A stretch of 64,000 nucleotides of DNA from Parcubacteria group bacterium LiPW_15. Lineage in GTDB: Bacteria > Patescibacteriota > Minisyncoccia > UBA6257 > 2-01-FULL-56-20. The stretch covers positions 69,139-133,138 of the forward strand of contig VMER01000001.1 of NCBI GenBank assembly GCA_007375645.1, read 5' to 3'. Shown one piece after another: positions 28,417-38,740 of this stretch (its first letter is position 1; each line of letters begins with the position of its first letter). The notes under the pieces are model-generated. The model was not told where the DNA came from, did not search any database, and worked only from the letters and a program-made list of their open reading frames with translations. The position numbers were made by a program, and so were the translations under genes.

Positions 28417-28500
28417 GTGGCGGGTGGTCGGTAGTGAGTAGAAAAATGCGAGAATACAAGAATTTACTTACTATAAACTACTTACGACAAACTATTCACA

Positions 28501-30711
28501 ATGCCTCACTTACTAAAGAAATTAGAACTTAACGGATTTAAATCTTTTGCAGCGAAGACTGTTTTGGATTTTCCGGCCGGCATCACGGCCATCGTGGGTC
28601 CGAACGGTTCGGGAAAATCCAACGTCATAGACGCCATCCGCTGGCTTCTGGGGGAGCGGGAGGCGAAATCTCTCCGCGGAGCAAAATCCGAAGACCTTAT
28701 TTTCGCCGGCACCGAAAAGCGGCCCAGGATGGGTCTGGGGCAAGCAAGCCTCTATTTCGAAAATCTTCATCTCATGCGGCCGCGTTCCACATCGGAAGAG
28801 CAGGAGGGCGGTATTTGGAATTCCGGACTCACGGAAGTGACCGTCTCGAGGCAGGTAAGCCGCGACGGGAACAACCAATATTTTTTGAATAAAAGCGAAG
28901 TTCGTCTTAAAGACATCATCGATTTTTTTGCGCAGGCGAGGCTTGGCAGTAAGGGACTTACGGTCATAACCCAAGGCAACAGCGACCTTTTTATCCGTGT
29001 CTCTCCCCGCGAGCGGAGGGAGATGATAGAAGAAATGCTAGGGTTAAGGGAATATCAAATAAAGAAGACCGACGCGGAGCGGCGGCTTAGAAATTCGGAA
29101 ATAAATTTGGAGAAAGTTAACGCCCTGATCGAAGAGATACTGCCGCATCTGCGTTCTTTAAAGCGCCAAACCGGAAAATGGGAAAAGCGGGGGAGTTTGG
29201 AAGAAGAATTGAAGACGCTTGAGAGCGGCTTTTTCGGCTCTAGGCTCAAAGAATTGGAAAAAGACTTGGGGAAAACAGATGAAGAGTTGAAGTCTCGCGC
29301 CGCAACACAGAAGGAGCTGAATCAGGCTATGGAATCGGCGGAAAAGAGGCTGAAAGACCTTGAGAACAATCAGCCCGGGGAGAGGCAGGCGATACAGGAA
29401 ATTAAAGCGAGAACGGCTTCGCTTCTTGAGAAGCGCTCAATGCTCCAAAAAGACTTGGGCCGTTTGGAAGCACAGATTGAAATAACCGCGCAAACGGCGC
29501 CTCAAAATATTGCGGTTCCGCACGAAAAACTTTTGTCTCTTACGAAAAAGATCCGTGAAGAACTGGCCAAGGTAATGGATCAAGACGAGTCCACCTTGAG
29601 GCGCGTCGTCAAGAATCTTCTTTCCGAGATAGAAGATGTTTTCGTCGCCGTGGAGAAAAAAGTTTCGGTGCCGAACCCCAAAGATCACTTTGCCGACAAA
29701 CTCACAAAACTCCAAAAGGAGCTAAAAGATCTGGAGAGTGAAATGATCGCTCTCAAAAACGAAGAAAAACGATTGGAGAGCGGACAGGAAACCTTCTACG
29801 AACATTTTAAAAAAGAGATGCACGCTTCCCGCGAAGCCCGCGAGAAGGCGGAAAAGTGGTCTGCGGATACGAGAGGATTGGAAATAAACAAGGAGCGGCT
29901 CACGATGCGCCTAGAAGAACTTCACCGGCAGATATCCCAGATCGGCAGGCACGCCTCCGAATTTAAGGAATACGCCGGGGCGATCCATCATGAAGCCGAG
30001 CTTTCCGAAATGGAGCATCGGATGTTCAGGTTGCGAGGAGAGCTTGCATCAATCGGCGAAGTAGATGAGGCAATTTTGAAAGAAGCTTCGGAAACCGAGG
30101 AGCGCTATGAATTTTTAGGCAAGGAGTCCAAAGACCTCATGTCCGCCAAGGATGACCTCAAAAAACTCATCAAAGACCTAAATGAAAAAATAAAAAACGA
30201 TTTTCACAAAGCTTTGGTGCATATTAATGAGGAGTTTCAGAAATTCTTTGAACTTATGTTCGACGGAGGCAGAGCCAAACTTATAGTTGTTAAAAAAGAA
30301 AAAAGGATTTTGCCCGTGGAGGGCGAGGAGGGAGAAGCAGGCGAAGCTCAACCGGAAGAGGAAGAAGAGCAAGAAGAGGGAATAGAGGTCAATTTGAGCT
30401 TGCCCAAAAAACGCATTAACTCCTTGGAGATGCTTTCCGGGGGCGAACGAAGTTTGGTGGGTATTGCCGCAATTTTCGCTCTGATTTCAGTTTCTCCGCC
30501 GCCATTTCTGGTTTTGGACGAGATAGACGCCCCGCTCGACGAACGGAATGCCAGAAGGTTCTCGGAAATGCTCAAGGAGTTTTCCAAAGAGACCCAGTTT
30601 ATCGTGGTAACCCACAACCGGGCGACTATGGAGGCGGCCAATGTGCTCTATGGCGTTACTTTGGACGCAGACGGAACTTCGAAGGTGCTGTCGATGAAGT
30701 TGGAAAAGTAA
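28501..30711 (+). CDS. smc: SMC-family ATPase, short, no recognisable hinge
   Basis: GFKSFA, GPNGSGKSN, LSGGE, LDEIDAPLD, VTH; 736 aa. Confidence 0.88.
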   Translation: MPHLLKKLELNGFKSFAAKTVLDFPAGITAIVGPNGSGKSNVIDAIRWLLGEREAKSLRGAKSEDLIFAGTEKRPRMGLGQASLYFENLHLMRPRSTSEEQEGGIWNSGLTEVTVSRQVSRDGNNQYFLNKSEVRLKDIIDFFAQARLGSKGLTVITQGNSDLFIRVSPRERREMIEEMLGLREYQIKKTDAERRLRNSEINLEKVNALIEEILPHLRSLKRQTGKWEKRGSLEEELKTLESGFFGSRLKELEKDLGKTDEELKSRAATQKELNQAMESAEKRLKDLENNQPGERQAIQEIKARTASLLEKRSMLQKDLGRLEAQIEITAQTAPQNIAVPHEKLLSLTKKIREELAKVMDQDESTLRRVVKNLLSEIEDVFVAVEKKVSVPNPKDHFADKLTKLQKELKDLESEMIALKNEEKRLESGQETFYEHFKKEMHASREAREKAEKWSADTRGLEINKERLTMRLEELHRQISQIGRHASEFKEYAGAIHHEAELSEMEHRMFRLRGELASIGEVDEAILKEASETEERYEFLGKESKDLMSAKDDLKKLIKDLNEKIKNDFHKALVHINEEFQKFFELMFDGGRAKLIVVKKEKRILPVEGEEGEAGEAQPEEEEEQEEGIEVNLSLPKKRINSLEMLSGGERSLVGIAAIFALISVSPPPFLVLDEIDAPLDERNARRFSEMLKEFSKETQFIVVTHNRATMEAANVLYGVTLDADGTSKVLSMKLEK

Positions 30712-30767
30712 TTTATTAAAAAGCCGCGATGGTTAGTCGCGGACCTCTTTCAAGGATTTCGATCGGT

Positions 30768-31076
30768 TCAGGCGGTGAGCAAGGCCAGTTCCTTTTCGAG
30801 GCGCTCCCGTTCGTCGCGCAGCAGGAGTCTCCTTCTAGCGAGAGACTCCTTGGCCATCGGGATGAACAAGTTGAGGTCAAAGCGCGCACTCATCAGTAGG
30901 GCAAAATCGTCCATGACTTCGCCTATGATCGCGTGTTCTTTGGCCATTCTCTCGGCCTCTTTGAGGATCGCGAACTCTTGCGTGATGCCTTCGAGGCAGA
31001 AGTTGATGTTCGCTATTTTCTCCTTGAGAGGGAGCACCTTCCGCTTGAGGCGCCATTCCTTCCATGTTTTGAACAT
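30768..31076 (-). CDS. Orphan coiled-coil protein (SD-led)
   Basis: AAAGGAG before MFKTW; TTGACA-18-TATAAT upstream on the minus strand. Confidence 0.6.
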   Translation of the reverse strand: MFKTWKEWRLKRKVLPLKEKIANINFCLEGITQEFAILKEAERMAKEHAIIGEVMDDFALLMSARFDLNLFIPMAKESLARRRLLLRDERERLEKELALLTA

Positions 31077-31211
31077 CGGCAGGCTCCTTTCTGGCAGGAT
31101 TATATTGCCGGACATGTCGGTATGTCAACCGATATTTCTCGGAACTTATTAGATTTGACGCCGCTCTTGACGTGTATGCTATACTCAAAATACAAAATCA
31201 AAACTAATAAA

Positions 31212-31448
31212 ATGGCGAACATAAAAGTGTATTCCGCTCCGTGGTGCGTGTATTGCAAAATGGTCAAGGCGTTTTTGGAAGAGAACAAGATCCAATACAG
31301 GGAAGTCGATATAGAAAAAGATGACAAGGCGAGGGAAGAGATGGTTGCGAAGACCGGCAGTCTTTCTATTCCCGTGACAGACATAGACGGGGAGATCATT
31401 ATCGGTTTCGATAAGCCTGCGATTAAAAAAGCCTTAAACTTGAAATAA
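31212..31448 (+). CDS. Glutaredoxin/NrdH-like redoxin
   Basis: VYSAPWCVYC, SIPV, IGFD. Confidence 0.92.
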   Translation: MANIKVYSAPWCVYCKMVKAFLEENKIQYREVDIEKDDKAREEMVAKTGSLSIPVTDIDGEIIIGFDKPAIKKALNLK

Positions 31449-31486
31449 TCAGAGCCCCGGCCCCGCGCCGGGGTTTTCCGATCCCT

Positions 31487-31933
31487 ATGCATATCCGAAT
31501 AAGCAACAAAATAGGATTTACCGCGAAAATTTTCGGTGTGGCCTGGACTCTGAATCTTTTGTGGGAGTTTGCGCAAAAGCCGCTCTATCTTGTCGGTAAT
31601 TTTCCACCTTTTATTTGGGAGTGGATAAGAGCCACGACCTGGGATGCGGCATTCATTGTCGTTCTTTATCTTATGCTCGCGATTTTGCACAACGATTTTT
31701 ATTGGCTAAGGCGAAAAAATATTTGGGACTTAGGTTTTATATTTTTGATCGGCTTCACGGTTATAACTTTTATGGAACAACAAGCGTTAGGAGCGGGCGG
31801 ACTGTTCTATTCTTCGGCCATGCCCATTGTTCCGATCTTAAAAATAGGACTTACGCCGTTTTTGCAATTACCGCTTTTGGCGTTTTTGACTTATTGGTTC
31901 GCGCGTTTCAGTTTCTCAAAATATTTCGAATAA
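31487..31933 (+). CDS. Hypothetical membrane protein
   Basis: 4 TMs; WE.AQ.PLY and MP..P...IGL.P.LQ. Confidence 0.7.
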   Translation: MHIRISNKIGFTAKIFGVAWTLNLLWEFAQKPLYLVGNFPPFIWEWIRATTWDAAFIVVLYLMLAILHNDFYWLRRKNIWDLGFIFLIGFTVITFMEQQALGAGGLFYSSAMPIVPILKIGLTPFLQLPLLAFLTYWFARFSFSKYFE

Positions 31934-32067
31934 ACTGTTTTTAGTCGTATATCATATATGATATACGACTATTTTGCGTTTTAAGATAAAAAAAGAGCCG
32001 CAGGCTTGGCTCGACCTTTCGGTCGAACGGTGCCTTTGGCTCAGTGGCGAACGAGAGACGGTCGATC

Positions 32068-32550
32068 TCAGGGGTTGAGGTCTCCATTCTCGAGCTCGCC
32101 GTCGTAGTCTTCGGGGAAATAGTCGGAGAGGAACCCGTCGGCGCGGGACATCTCGCGCCACTCCTCGGACCTTGCGACCGCCGCCGAGTCGTTCTGGAAA
32201 GCCAGCTTTCTCTCCTCGAGATAGGCTAGCGCTTCCTCCTCCGACTCCGTGAGGAGTACTCCGTGGTCGGGGTGGGTCAGATCGTTGATGAAGAAACCCT
32301 TCTCCACGAGGCGCTGTGTTTCGAAGGGATGTCCGGCGTAGCTGCCGCGCTGGAAGGCCGGAGAGTCTGCGTTCAGGAAGACCTTGGGGCTCGGCTCTCC
32401 GCAGAGAATGTGCTCCGTGTCGATTCTGGAGATGACGAACGGCCCCTCAACTCCCGTGGGTTTGCCGTAGAGTGACGTCACACACCAGAAGCCGCCCCCA
32501 GGTTTCAGGGTGTTGAGAAACTCTGTAGTGGATAAAATGACTCTTGTCAT
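32068..32550 (-). CDS. Orphan protein (SD-led)
   Basis: AAGGAG upstream; GC-rich codons. Confidence 0.65.
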   Translation of the reverse strand: MTRVILSTTEFLNTLKPGGGFWCVTSLYGKPTGVEGPFVISRIDTEHILCGEPSPKVFLNADSPAFQRGSYAGHPFETQRLVEKGFFINDLTHPDHGVLLTESEEEALAYLEERKLAFQNDSAAVARSEEWREMSRADGFLSDYFPEDYDGELENGDLNP

Positions 32551-32593
32551 TACCCTTCTCCTTCTTTCTCAAATCTAGTTACGAGATGGGGGA

Positions 32594-33019
32594 CTAGGGA
32601 GTCGCGAGGCCGAACTTCATCCGCTCCTCGGCGAGGAGAAGATGAGCCTCTCGTTTCGCCTGACGCGTGAGAGGCACCGTCTTATTCGCGACGCAGTAGA
32701 GAATGATAGTGCCCTCGCGGGCGACGACGGCTTCGGTGATGAATACGTCGCCGTCGACATATCCGACGACGTAGGCCTCCTGTACCACTTCACCCCTCGC
32801 ATCGTAGAAGCGCGTGAGGCTTCGTACGCGGGAGGGATGAAGGGGCCAGTCGGCTCTCGAGCGGGTGATGCGGATGAGACCATCCGCGGTTACGCTCCTC
32901 ATCTTAACCACTTCGCCGAAACCTGCCCTCTCGCCCACTTTGTAGACGAGGAGGCAGGAACACACGATCGTTGAGATGGCGAGGACTACCACGAGAAACG
33001 TGGCCAACTTCTTGGGCAT
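32594..33019 (-). CDS. Orphan protein with N-terminal TM/signal (SD-led)
   Basis: AAGGAGAAAAGGA before ATG; TTGACA-17-TACAAT at about 33147-33119 on the minus strand. Confidence 0.65.
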   Translation of the reverse strand: MPKKLATFLVVVLAISTIVCSCLLVYKVGERAGFGEVVKMRSVTADGLIRITRSRADWPLHPSRVRSLTRFYDARGEVVQEAYVVGYVDGDVFITEAVVAREGTIILYCVANKTVPLTRQAKREAHLLLAEERMKFGLATP

Positions 33020-33227
33020 TTCCTTTTCTCCTTCTCCGTTTCAGTTCCGGGACAAAGGGGGAAATTCGGTATTGCCCCCATAATTCCGGAACCGAAATAT
33101 GTTCAAAAGTCTGCGGAGATTGTATCATACAAATAACTATTTGTCAAACTAGAATGCCTACGTTTTGCGGAGTCAACTGATTTTTAATTGGTTTGTTCGT
33201 ATGGCTTTTTTAGCTTAAAATTAGGGA

Positions 33228-34187
33228 ATGGAACGAGCCATACGAACCTCAAACAAACAGTTCGCTTACAAGCCGGAAGTAGTTAACAAAAAGAACCTCA
33301 AAAAGAAATCCGGATTTATCGTCACCGGGATGGGCGGTTCGGCTCTTTCCGCCGGACTCTTAAAAAACACGTTCCCGAATTTGGACATAATTGTTCATCG
33401 TAATTACGGACTTCCGAATATCCCACTTAAAGAATTAAAGAACCATCTGTTTATCGCCAGTTCCTATTCGGGTAACACCGAAGAGGTGATAGATTCGCTT
33501 TCGGCGGCAAGAAAGGCGAAGCTTGCCGTGGCAGTGGTCGCGACCGGCGGAAAACTTTTAAAAATAGCGATAGATAATAAATTGCCGTATGTGCAGCTGC
33601 CGGACGAAAATATCCAGCCGCGCATGGCCTTGGGGCTTTCCGCAAAAGCGCTTTTGAAAATTATGGGCAAAGAAGCGGAACTTAAAAAAATATCCGCGCT
33701 TGAGACGCTTGATCCAGGCAAGTTTGAAGCCGCTGGCAGAACTCTCGCCGGGAAACTTTTCGGAAGGATTCCGGTCATTTACGCATCCGACAAAAATGGT
33801 TCTCTGGCCTACACCTGGAAGATAAAATTTAACGAGACCGCAAAGATCCCGGCGTTTTACGATGTGCTCCCGGAATTGAACCATAACGAGATGACCGGTT
33901 TCGGCGGCGAAGGCGAGGCCAGGAAAATTTCCGAAAAATTCTTCTTTTTGTTCCTTAAAGAGAAGAAGGATGATCCGCGCATCAGGCGCAGAATGGAAGT
34001 GCTCGAAGATATTTTGAGAGGTTTAGGTTTTAGCTTTGAGGTTATAGACACTGATGGGAAAAATGACGCGGAGAAAGTATTTTCTTCTCTAATGCTCGCG
34101 GACTGGACCTCTTACTATCTGGCTTATAAGTACGGAGCCGATCCGGAGGCGGTTCCTTTGGTCGAGAAATTTAAAAAGCTTTTGTAA
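33228..34187 (+). CDS. Bifunctional phosphoglucose/phosphomannose isomerase (SIS)
   Basis: GMGGSA, SYSGNTEE, QPR.A, NETAK, PELNHNE. Confidence 0.93.
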   Translation: MERAIRTSNKQFAYKPEVVNKKNLKKKSGFIVTGMGGSALSAGLLKNTFPNLDIIVHRNYGLPNIPLKELKNHLFIASSYSGNTEEVIDSLSAARKAKLAVAVVATGGKLLKIAIDNKLPYVQLPDENIQPRMALGLSAKALLKIMGKEAELKKISALETLDPGKFEAAGRTLAGKLFGRIPVIYASDKNGSLAYTWKIKFNETAKIPAFYDVLPELNHNEMTGFGGEGEARKISEKFFFLFLKEKKDDPRIRRRMEVLEDILRGLGFSFEVIDTDGKNDAEKVFSSLMLADWTSYYLAYKYGADPEAVPLVEKFKKLL

Positions 34188-34190
34188 AAC

Positions 34191-35036
34191 ATGTATCTCG
34201 TATTTGACATCGGCGGCTCCAAAACCCGCCTCGGAATTTCCGAAGATAAACAAACTCTGTTCGGGGAACCGAAAGTGATAGACACGCCAAAAGTTTTTGA
34301 AGACGGAATAAAGCTCATTAGCCAAACTGTCGGCGAGATGCTTGCCGGAAAAAAGCTTATAGCGGCCGCGGGCGGGGTGGCCGGAGTTTTGGACAAGACG
34401 AAATCCGAACTTGCGCGGGCTCCTCATCTTGAAGGCTGGGCCTGGAAACCGCTTAAGGAAAGCCTGGAAACGGCACTAAACTGCCCCATAAAGCTCGAAA
34501 ACGATTCGGCGGTTGTGGGTTTAGGCGAGGCGCACGAGGGAAAGGGGAAGGGGCAAAGAATAGTGGCTTATCTTACTGTTTCTACCGGTGTCGGCGGGGC
34601 GAGGATAACCAATGGGAAAATTGATGAGACTTCGCTTGGTTTCGAACCGGGACATCAAATAATAGACCCGAATGGTTTAACTTGTCTGGCTTGCGGGGTC
34701 AAAGGACACCTGGAGGCCTACGTCTCCGGCTACCAAATTGGCATAACCTACAAAATGCCGGCGTATGAAATAGCGGATGCGAATGTCTGGGAAGAACTTT
34801 CCAAATACTTGGCGATCGGGGTCAATAATGTCCTGGTCCATTGGTCGCCGGATATTGTGGTCGTGGGCGGCAGCATGATGAAGCAAGTCGGCATTCCGAT
34901 AGAGAGGGTGCGCGCGCATTTGAAAGAAATGCTAAAAATATTTCCGACCATTCCGCCAATAGAGCTCGCGACCTTGGGCGACCTGGGCGGTCTCTACGGC
35001 GGCCTTGCCCTGCATCGAGAAAATACAAATTTATAA
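34191..35036 (+). CDS. ROK family sugar kinase (glucokinase-like)
   Basis: DIGGSK, ENDS, STGVGG, EPGH, C.ACG..GHLE. Confidence 0.93.
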   Translation: MYLVFDIGGSKTRLGISEDKQTLFGEPKVIDTPKVFEDGIKLISQTVGEMLAGKKLIAAAGGVAGVLDKTKSELARAPHLEGWAWKPLKESLETALNCPIKLENDSAVVGLGEAHEGKGKGQRIVAYLTVSTGVGGARITNGKIDETSLGFEPGHQIIDPNGLTCLACGVKGHLEAYVSGYQIGITYKMPAYEIADANVWEELSKYLAIGVNNVLVHWSPDIVVVGGSMMKQVGIPIERVRAHLKEMLKIFPTIPPIELATLGDLGGLYGGLALHRENTNL

Positions 35037-35039
35037 ATT

Positions 35040-35804
35040 ATGTCCGAATACTATAATCCGAATCGCACCAAAAACGTTTTCAATCCCGAGTCAAAAGAAG
35101 CATTCAGAGTCAGCCGTTCGAAAATAGATCTGTTTTTGAACTGTCCTCGCTGTTTTTATTTGGACAGGCGCATGGGCGTGGGCCAGCCGCCGGGATATCC
35201 GTTCTCACTGAACTCCGCGGTAGATAAATTGCTCAAAAAAGAATTTGATTCGCATCGCGCGAAAGGAACCCCGCATCCTTTGATGGAACATTACGGAGTC
35301 GATGCCGTGCCGTTTGTGCATCCCAAAATGGATGAATGGCGCGATTCCTTAAAGCGAGGAATAACCTACACCGATCCGGAGACGAATTTAACCATCACCG
35401 GAGGCGTGGACGATGTTTGGGTGACTCCAAAAGGCGAACTGATAATCGTGGACTATAAAGCTACTTCTAAGACCGGAGAAGTTAATTTGGATGCGGATTG
35501 GCAGATAGGCTACAAACGGCAGATGGAAGTTTATCAATGGCTATTCAGAAAGAACGGATTTGAAGTATCGGATACAGGATATTTTGTTTACTGTAATGGC
35601 GACGCGGACAAAGAAGCTTTTGACGCGAAATTGGAATTCACCATAAAACTGATCCCGTACGAAGGAAATCCGTCTTGGGTGGAGGGAGCTGTGCGTCAGA
35701 TAAAAAAGACTTTAATGAGCGCGGAGTTGCCGCCGCCGGGAGACGATTGTGATTATTGCAAATACAGGAAGGCGGTCTCGGAGGTCCTCGGGCTCGGTAA
35801 ATAA
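35040..35804 (+). CDS. PD-(D/E)XK (RecB/Cas4-like) nuclease with Fe-S/Zn cysteines
   Basis: S.S....F..CPRCFY, GGVDD, IVDYK, QM..Y, CDYC. Confidence 0.88.
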   Translation: MSEYYNPNRTKNVFNPESKEAFRVSRSKIDLFLNCPRCFYLDRRMGVGQPPGYPFSLNSAVDKLLKKEFDSHRAKGTPHPLMEHYGVDAVPFVHPKMDEWRDSLKRGITYTDPETNLTITGGVDDVWVTPKGELIIVDYKATSKTGEVNLDADWQIGYKRQMEVYQWLFRKNGFEVSDTGYFVYCNGDADKEAFDAKLEFTIKLIPYEGNPSWVEGAVRQIKKTLMSAELPPPGDDCDYCKYRKAVSEVLGLGK

Positions 35805-36139
35805 TGCTAACCATAAGAAGACAAAGGCAACTTCATTGGACCTCGCATGCGCGGAGCAAGATGCTTTTTTATCGCCTGAGTGAGGGAAGGATAAAAAGAG
35901 TTCTGAATGCCCCGGAGCGCATTGAGACGGGCATTGCGCCCGAGACCGTAGCCATGATGCAGACCCAGCGCGGACCCAAGAATTCCCATGAGATATGGGT
36001 AATGGTCGCGGACGATAAGGTTCGGAGAAAGGTTGTAAGCGCTTGGAGATATCCGGGCAAAACCAAACCCGGCGAAAAGCTTCCGGAGGAGATTTTAAAG
36101 GAGTTTCGTTCGGGATTGGCTATAATTAAAGAAAGATGA
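35804..36139 (+). CDS. Hypothetical protein (DUF4258-like)
   Basis: WT.HA..KM, VVSAWRYPG. Confidence 0.65.
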   Translation: MLTIRRQRQLHWTSHARSKMLFYRLSEGRIKRVLNAPERIETGIAPETVAMMQTQRGPKNSHEIWVMVADDKVRRKVVSAWRYPGKTKPGEKLPEEILKEFRSGLAIIKER

Positions 36140-36660
36140 GAACTGTATTTGTTGTTATACTTATTGTGATAGCCGCGGGATTTTTATTTGTATACGCGCG
36201 GCCGCAAACTCAAATGGAATTAAAAAGCTTCAGTTTCGATAAAAACGGAGTAATGCCGTCCCGGTTAAGTTGCGATGGAGGGAATTTAAGTCCGCATCTA
36301 ACGATAAGCGGAGTTTCGGCGGCGGCCAAAAGTTTGGCGCTTATTGTTGACGACCCCGATGCGACGCGGGGCGGAACGTTCACGCATTGGATAATTTGGA
36401 ATATTCCGGCCGGCACGACCGATATGCTGGAGGGCCAATATCCGCAGGGAGCGATCCAGGGCAGAAATGATTTCGGCAGTTCAAGCTACGGAGGTCCTTG
36501 TCCGCCAAGCGGCGTTACGCATAGTTACCATTTCAAACTGTATGCGTTGGACGCGCTTCTCTCTTTATCAACCGATTCCACGGTTCAGGACCTGGAGCCG
36601 GAGATAGAAAAACACTTAATCGAAAAAGCCGAACTCGTTGGAACTTATAGCAGACCTTAA
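36136..36660 (+). CDS. YbhB/YbcL (PEBP) family protein
   Basis: DDPDA...FTHW, YGGPCPP, H.Y.FKLYALD. Confidence 0.94.
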   Translation: MRTVFVVILIVIAAGFLFVYARPQTQMELKSFSFDKNGVMPSRLSCDGGNLSPHLTISGVSAAAKSLALIVDDPDATRGGTFTHWIIWNIPAGTTDMLEGQYPQGAIQGRNDFGSSSYGGPCPPSGVTHSYHFKLYALDALLSLSTDSTVQDLEPEIEKHLIEKAELVGTYSRP

Positions 36661-37014
36661 ATGCGAATATTTATCGGAACAATTTTACTGCGGCTCGGGA
36701 TCGCGTTCGCCCTGCTTTATCCCGCAGTGATGTCGTTCGTGAATCCCGATAAATGGACGGCGCTTCTGCCTCCGGTCCTGACTGCGCTTATAGCCCCCAA
36801 AAATTTGCTGATGATCCTTGCGGGATATAATTTACTTTTTGCAATTTTAATCTTAGTAAAACCGGATCCGGGTTGGGCGATCTGCGGCATTTTGTTTGTA
36901 ACCTTTATCGCGTTGGCTGTTTTAGGCTATCGCGATCTGGATCTGGTATATCAAAATATTTCTGTGGGCCTGGCGACGCTAGCTCTCGGGCTTTTCGGAA
37001 AAACGAGGGGTTGA
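36661..37014 (+). CDS. Small membrane protein (DoxX-like)
   Basis: 4 TMs; LLRLGIAF. Confidence 0.65.
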   Translation: MRIFIGTILLRLGIAFALLYPAVMSFVNPDKWTALLPPVLTALIAPKNLLMILAGYNLLFAILILVKPDPGWAICGILFVTFIALAVLGYRDLDLVYQNISVGLATLALGLFGKTRG

Positions 37015-37075
37015 TTTCGAATTGATTAAAGGCTAATCTCTGCATAGTATCGGAGTGTCTTTTGGAGGTGGCGTG

Positions 37076-37366
37076 ATGCCGTGGAATGTGAATTTTGAAC
37101 TCAGGGAAGAAGACAAGAAACATCTGGAACGATTTGCGGGTAAGCTCGGACTGGATTGGCGCGGCGTGACCATGATGGGGCTGGCCCTCGCAGAGGTGAT
37201 CCAGGAAAAAGTGGTTGAGCAGAGGCAGGCGATTTGTCTCAAGGGCGAGGCCTACGGACCGCTTGAAGGCATCATGATCCACCCCTGGTCTTCCGAGGAT
37301 GAATCGGCAAAGCCTCTCGCTAAGGTATTGGCCTATCGGCCGAAAACGCAGAAGAGGGCTCCGTGA
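37076..37366 (+). CDS. Orphan small protein (SD-led)
   Basis: TTGATT-17-TAGTAT, GGAGGTG before ATG, terminator GGGCTCC..GGGGCCC-T5. Confidence 0.6.
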   Translation: MPWNVNFELREEDKKHLERFAGKLGLDWRGVTMMGLALAEVIQEKVVEQRQAICLKGEAYGPLEGIMIHPWSSEDESAKPLAKVLAYRPKTQKRAP

Positions 37367-37409
37367 GGGGCCCTTTTTAAAATCGAAAAATTCTGTTAAA
37401 GTTCTACCG

Positions 37410-38405
37410 ATGAAACTTTCCATCGGAATCGTGGGTATGCCGAATGTCGGCAAGTCCACTTTATTCAAAAACTTAACCAAATCCGAAGTTCACATCGCGA
37501 ACTATCCATTTGCGACCATTGATCCGAACGTGGGCGTGGTAACCGTTCCAGACGAACGGCTCGCAACGCTTGCGAATTTAAGTAAATCAAAAAAAATAAT
37601 TCCGGCGGTAGTAGAGTTTTATGATATCGCCGGGCTCGTCAAAGGCGCTTCGCAAGGGGAAGGATTGGGAAATCAATTCTTAACCCACATCCGCGATACT
37701 CAGGCGATAGCCGTGGTTCTTCGTATATTCAAAAATCCGGAAATCATTCACGTGGAAGGGGCGCCCGATCCATTAAGAGATCTGGAGATAATAAACAGCG
37801 AACTCGCGCTCAAAGATCTGGATACCATTGAAAAACGGCTTAAAAAGCTGGAAGGCGAAGCGCGCGCGGGCGACAAGATCGCCATTAAAGCTTTGGAGAC
37901 CATAAATAAGGTAAAAGCCGTTCTTGAGAAAGGGGGATTGGCGCTTGAGTTCAGGGATGAACCGATAGTCAAAGAACTGACCCTTTTAACCGCCAAGCGG
38001 CAGGTTTATTTATTGAACGGCGAGGAATCGGAAATCCCACCGGGACTCTTGGAAAAAATTAAAGAAGTGGGAGCGGATTATGTGGTGGCCGATCTTTCCA
38101 AAGAGGCGGCTGTCCCTCAGCTCATCAAAAAAGCTTACGAGATACTGGACCTTATAAGTTTTCTAACGACCGGAGAAGACGAGACTCGCGCTTGGACCAT
38201 TGTGCGCGGGGAAAAAGCCCCGCAGGCAGCCGGCGCAATTCATACCGATTTTGAAAATAACTTCATTCGCGCAGAAGTGGTTTCTTCCGAGGATCTGATA
38301 AAATGCGGCGGGTGGAACCAGGCCAAACAAAAAGGTTTGGTTCGCCTGGAAGGTAAAGAATACGTTGTTCGTGACGGCGACGTGATGGTGATAAGGCACG
38401 GATAG
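37410..38405 (+). CDS. ychF: Ribosome-binding ATPase YchF
   Basis: GIVGMPNVGKST, ANYPFATIDPN, DIAGLVKGAS.GEGLGN.FL, AAGAIHTDF. Confidence 0.97.
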   Translation: MKLSIGIVGMPNVGKSTLFKNLTKSEVHIANYPFATIDPNVGVVTVPDERLATLANLSKSKKIIPAVVEFYDIAGLVKGASQGEGLGNQFLTHIRDTQAIAVVLRIFKNPEIIHVEGAPDPLRDLEIINSELALKDLDTIEKRLKKLEGEARAGDKIAIKALETINKVKAVLEKGGLALEFRDEPIVKELTLLTAKRQVYLLNGEESEIPPGLLEKIKEVGADYVVADLSKEAAVPQLIKKAYEILDLISFLTTGEDETRAWTIVRGEKAPQAAGAIHTDFENNFIRAEVVSSEDLIKCGGWNQAKQKGLVRLEGKEYVVRDGDVMVIRHG

Positions 38406-38476
38406 ATTGACGGAATATCATTTGAGTCTTATAATTTTTCCCAGCACTGTAAATCTCTTACCTCAGGAGGAAAAGC

Positions 38477-38710
38477 ATGCCGGAAAAGGTGTGGGCTTAT
38501 TGCAAAGGGTGTGAGAAGAACCGCGATTTCCATTTCGCGTACGATCACGTCTCAAACATCGAAGATGTGGTGAAGCGTGGAGCAACTCCTCGGAAGATGC
38601 GCATCTTCCGCTGCCCTCAGTGTCTTGAGGAGTGCGATGAAGGATCGGTTCCCAAGCCGAAGCTCGAAGCCTTGGATAGGATCAAGGCCCGACAGCTCAG
38701 GGCGACGTAG
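38477..38710 (+). CDS. Orphan Zn-ribbon-like protein (SD-led)
   Basis: CKGC...CPQC; TTGACG-17-TATAAT; AGGAGG. Confidence 0.7.
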   Translation: MPEKVWAYCKGCEKNRDFHFAYDHVSNIEDVVKRGATPRKMRIFRCPQCLEECDEGSVPKPKLEALDRIKARQLRAT

Positions 38711-38740
38711 ATCTATCTACCGAAAGGAGCGCCAACGAAC

